A stretch of DNA of 63,476 bases, counting the filler, from Hausera hauseri (lineage: Eukaryota), in the NCBI GenBank assembly GCA_046269625.1. It is 11 parts of 11 records of this genome, joined end to end, with 100 filler letters (N's around TTAATTAATTAA, not from the genome) between each part and the next. Parts side by side here need not be neighbours in the genome. Positions count along the whole stretch, not along the records: positions 59,483 to 63,476 come from JBJURY010832525.1; 10 more parts are not named here. The stretch is one strand, 5' to 3'. Shown here in pieces: positions 61,813-63,476 of this stretch. The translations under genes and the position numbers were made by a program. Numbering within the stretch: the stretch's first letter is position 1; every line of letters begins with the position of its first letter. The notes under the pieces were generated by a model, which did not search any database, had not been told where the DNA came from, and saw only the letters and a list, made by a program, of their open reading frames with translations.

Positions 61813-62148
61813 TCATTGCTTATACTCTGCTGCAGAACCAATGCGTCCACTCAATAATGACGTGACAATCGACAGAATTACACCAAGGAATCCGTCGTCT
61901 TGCTGGTACATGACCTCTCGTTTCAGTCGTTTACTAAGTGCGTTGGCAAGGCCAATGAGTCGTTTTCGATACTTTAGCAAATTCCGCTTTCTACTACCAG
62001 TGTCAACGTGACTCACAACGATATTGTATAAAATTTCCATCAAATTGTCTACTACAAATTGCGGGAATGACCGCAGCATGTTTCGCCTACATCTCGTAGG
62101 TGCATTGTGCAAAGCAATAAAGTACGACTGACTTCGTTTGAATCTCAC
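61813..62148 (-). CDS. pX-like small protein
   Basis: LMEILYNIVVSHV..YQQDDGFLGVILSIVTSLLSG. Confidence 0.62.
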   Translation of the reverse strand: MRFKRSQSYFIALHNAPTRCRRNMLRSFPQFVVDNLMEILYNIVVSHVDTGSRKRNLLKYRKRLIGLANALSKRLKREVMYQQDDGFLGVILSIVTSLLSGRIGSAAEYKQ

Positions 62149-62184
62149 TTTTTGGACGTACTGATGCTGATGAGACGTAGTTGT

Positions 62185-62397
62185 TTATATCAGTTGTCAC
62201 TGTGAAGGTAATTTGCGTCAAGTTGCTGCTGCTGTTGTTCGAAGCATAGAATTGATTAATCGCTTGACTTTAGCGGTTCGTTTTGATACACGTTTCTTGC
62301 CGGGTACCTGCTTGGTAGGTTTACGTTTAACAATTGATTTTCGGAAATTCTTCATTTTATTACTATCGTGTCGTCGATGTTTGAATTTGTTCATAGA
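62185..62397 (-). pseudogene. Small Lys/Arg-rich protein
   Basis: MNKFKHRRH..RKSIVKRKPTKQVPGKKRVSKRTAKVKRL. Confidence 0.45.
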
Positions 62398-63028
62398 CAC
62401 ATACACCACCCTTTTGATTGAAAATGTCTGTTTGTACACTCATGTCATCGGGACACTCTTGTGTAAAGTCGATAAACAAGTATCCGTGTGGCTCGGTTGT
62501 AGCATCATGATATGTATCTATCAAGTAGGCTCGGTTGTGAGGAAATGCTTGTCGTGCAACATAATAAATGATAGTCTGATCAGGGGGATTTTTGAATAAC
62601 ACCAAATAGTGTACGTTTAGATTTCTTGTTCGATGCTGGCCGCCATGATGGAATATGCTTTGCGTAATCAAAATAACCGTCACACCACCGTGCCGTGCAA
62701 TCTTCGTGAACAGGTTGTTGAAGTCCGATTGTTTCATTGCCTCATGAAATAAATCGCCAATGACAATGAGGTCACTGTTTCGTAATGTCTCTGACCAATT
62801 CTCATCAAACCCATCAATTACCGTTATCAATTTCAGTTTACAAACTTTACGATGTGTCAAACCGGATTTACCATCATCATCAACACCTTGATGCGCGTAC
62901 ATGTGATTGTACCGCGGTGAATGAAACATGTCACGGTAGTTCTGAAATAGTTTGCATACAACGTGTGTTTTGCCACTTCCACTGGGGACTACAATCTGAA
63001 AAATTGCATAATTCTGCAACTTCATCAA
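62363..63028 (-). CDS. Polinton A32-like packaging ATPase
   Basis: PSGSGKT (Walker A), LIVIGDL (Walker B, altered), ARHGGVTVILITQ, RTRNLNVHYLVLFKNP, PHGYLFID. Confidence 0.92.
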   Translation of the reverse strand: MMKLQNYAIFQIVVPSGSGKTHVVCKLFQNYRDMFHSPRYNHMYAHQGVDDDGKSGLTHRKVCKLKLITVIDGFDENWSETLRNSDLIVIGDLFHEAMKQSDFNNLFTKIARHGGVTVILITQSIFHHGGQHRTRNLNVHYLVLFKNPPDQTIIYYVARQAFPHNRAYLIDTYHDATTEPHGYLFIDFTQECPDDMSVQTDIFNQKGGVCVYEQIQTSTTR

Positions 63029-63182
63029 AATAATAATAATAAGACAACCTTTCTGTGGTGCCCACGGCGGCCAGTGCCCTTTGGCTTATTTGGTTAAGCG
63101 CGGCCGTGCGTCCGTTGCCGCCTTGCCGAGCCCATAGTCGGGCCCGATCTTCCGCTCGAAAATTTCTCCATCCAAAAGTTTT

Positions 63183-63413
63183 ATGTATTTCTCGTATTGC
63201 ATTTTAAAATGGGTGCCGTTCGCTTTGGGGATTCAATGCATCATGTTTTATATTCCACGTTTAATATGGCAAATGATATGCTATAATCATACGGGAACCT
63301 ATATTCAGCATTTGATTTTAAGTGCGAACCAAGCTGTCTATCCAAGTGATGATGCGAAAAGTAAAATCGTAATGTATGTGGCCGAGATAATAGCAGAAAC
63401 GTTTCCAGCATAG
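63183..63413 (+). pseudogene. Innexin exon fragment
   Basis: WVPFALGIQCIMFYIPRLIWQMICYN matches the innexin TM2 signature YYQWVP..L..Q...FY.P..IW. Confidence 0.85.
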
Positions 63414-63476
63414 AGAATACAGAAAAAAAATTTTCGCTAATTTCCGGCGAAAACTACATTCTAAATGCAATTTTCT

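Noticed and set aside
63055-63170. GC-rich patch resembling a hAT/MITE terminus upstream of the ATPase
   Set aside because: No partner terminus or TSD is visible; recorded only as the junction where this Polinton copy ends.

Overview
Eukaryotic, AT-rich, repeat-dense window made of 11 segments separated by ten artificial 100-bp spacers (N44-TTAATTAATTAA-N44). The innexin exon looks flatworm-like (inference). Almost everything is decayed mobile DNA. (1) Several copies of one Polinton/Maverick (adintovirus-like) family. Its gene order can be reconstructed as dUTPase <- ORF <- TBP-like <-> packaging ATPase -> basic protein -> pX-like -> small MGxxxS ORF -> integrase-chromodomain -> penton A -> penton B -> PW/pVI-like -> MCP -> adenain protease. 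Two divergent protein-primed PolB genes lie on other segments. (2) Several Ty3/gypsy remnants, one with a chuvirus-G/gB-like fusion glycoprotein placed upstream of protease-RT-RH-INT. (3) A rosa/DD41D-type mariner, an RNase H-bearing LINE, an RTE/BovB-like 5' end and an ERV-like LTR/PPT. (4) Broken host-gene fragments: cytosolic carboxypeptidase, matrin-type zinc finger, TDRD12-like, axonemal dynein and innexin. The most notable signals are the Polinton-encoded TBP-like factor with dUTPase, the env-before-pol gypsy element, and a catalytically degenerate ISG20/REX4-like exonuclease. All family calls come from motif recognition by eye; no searches were run, and pseudogene boundaries are approximate.
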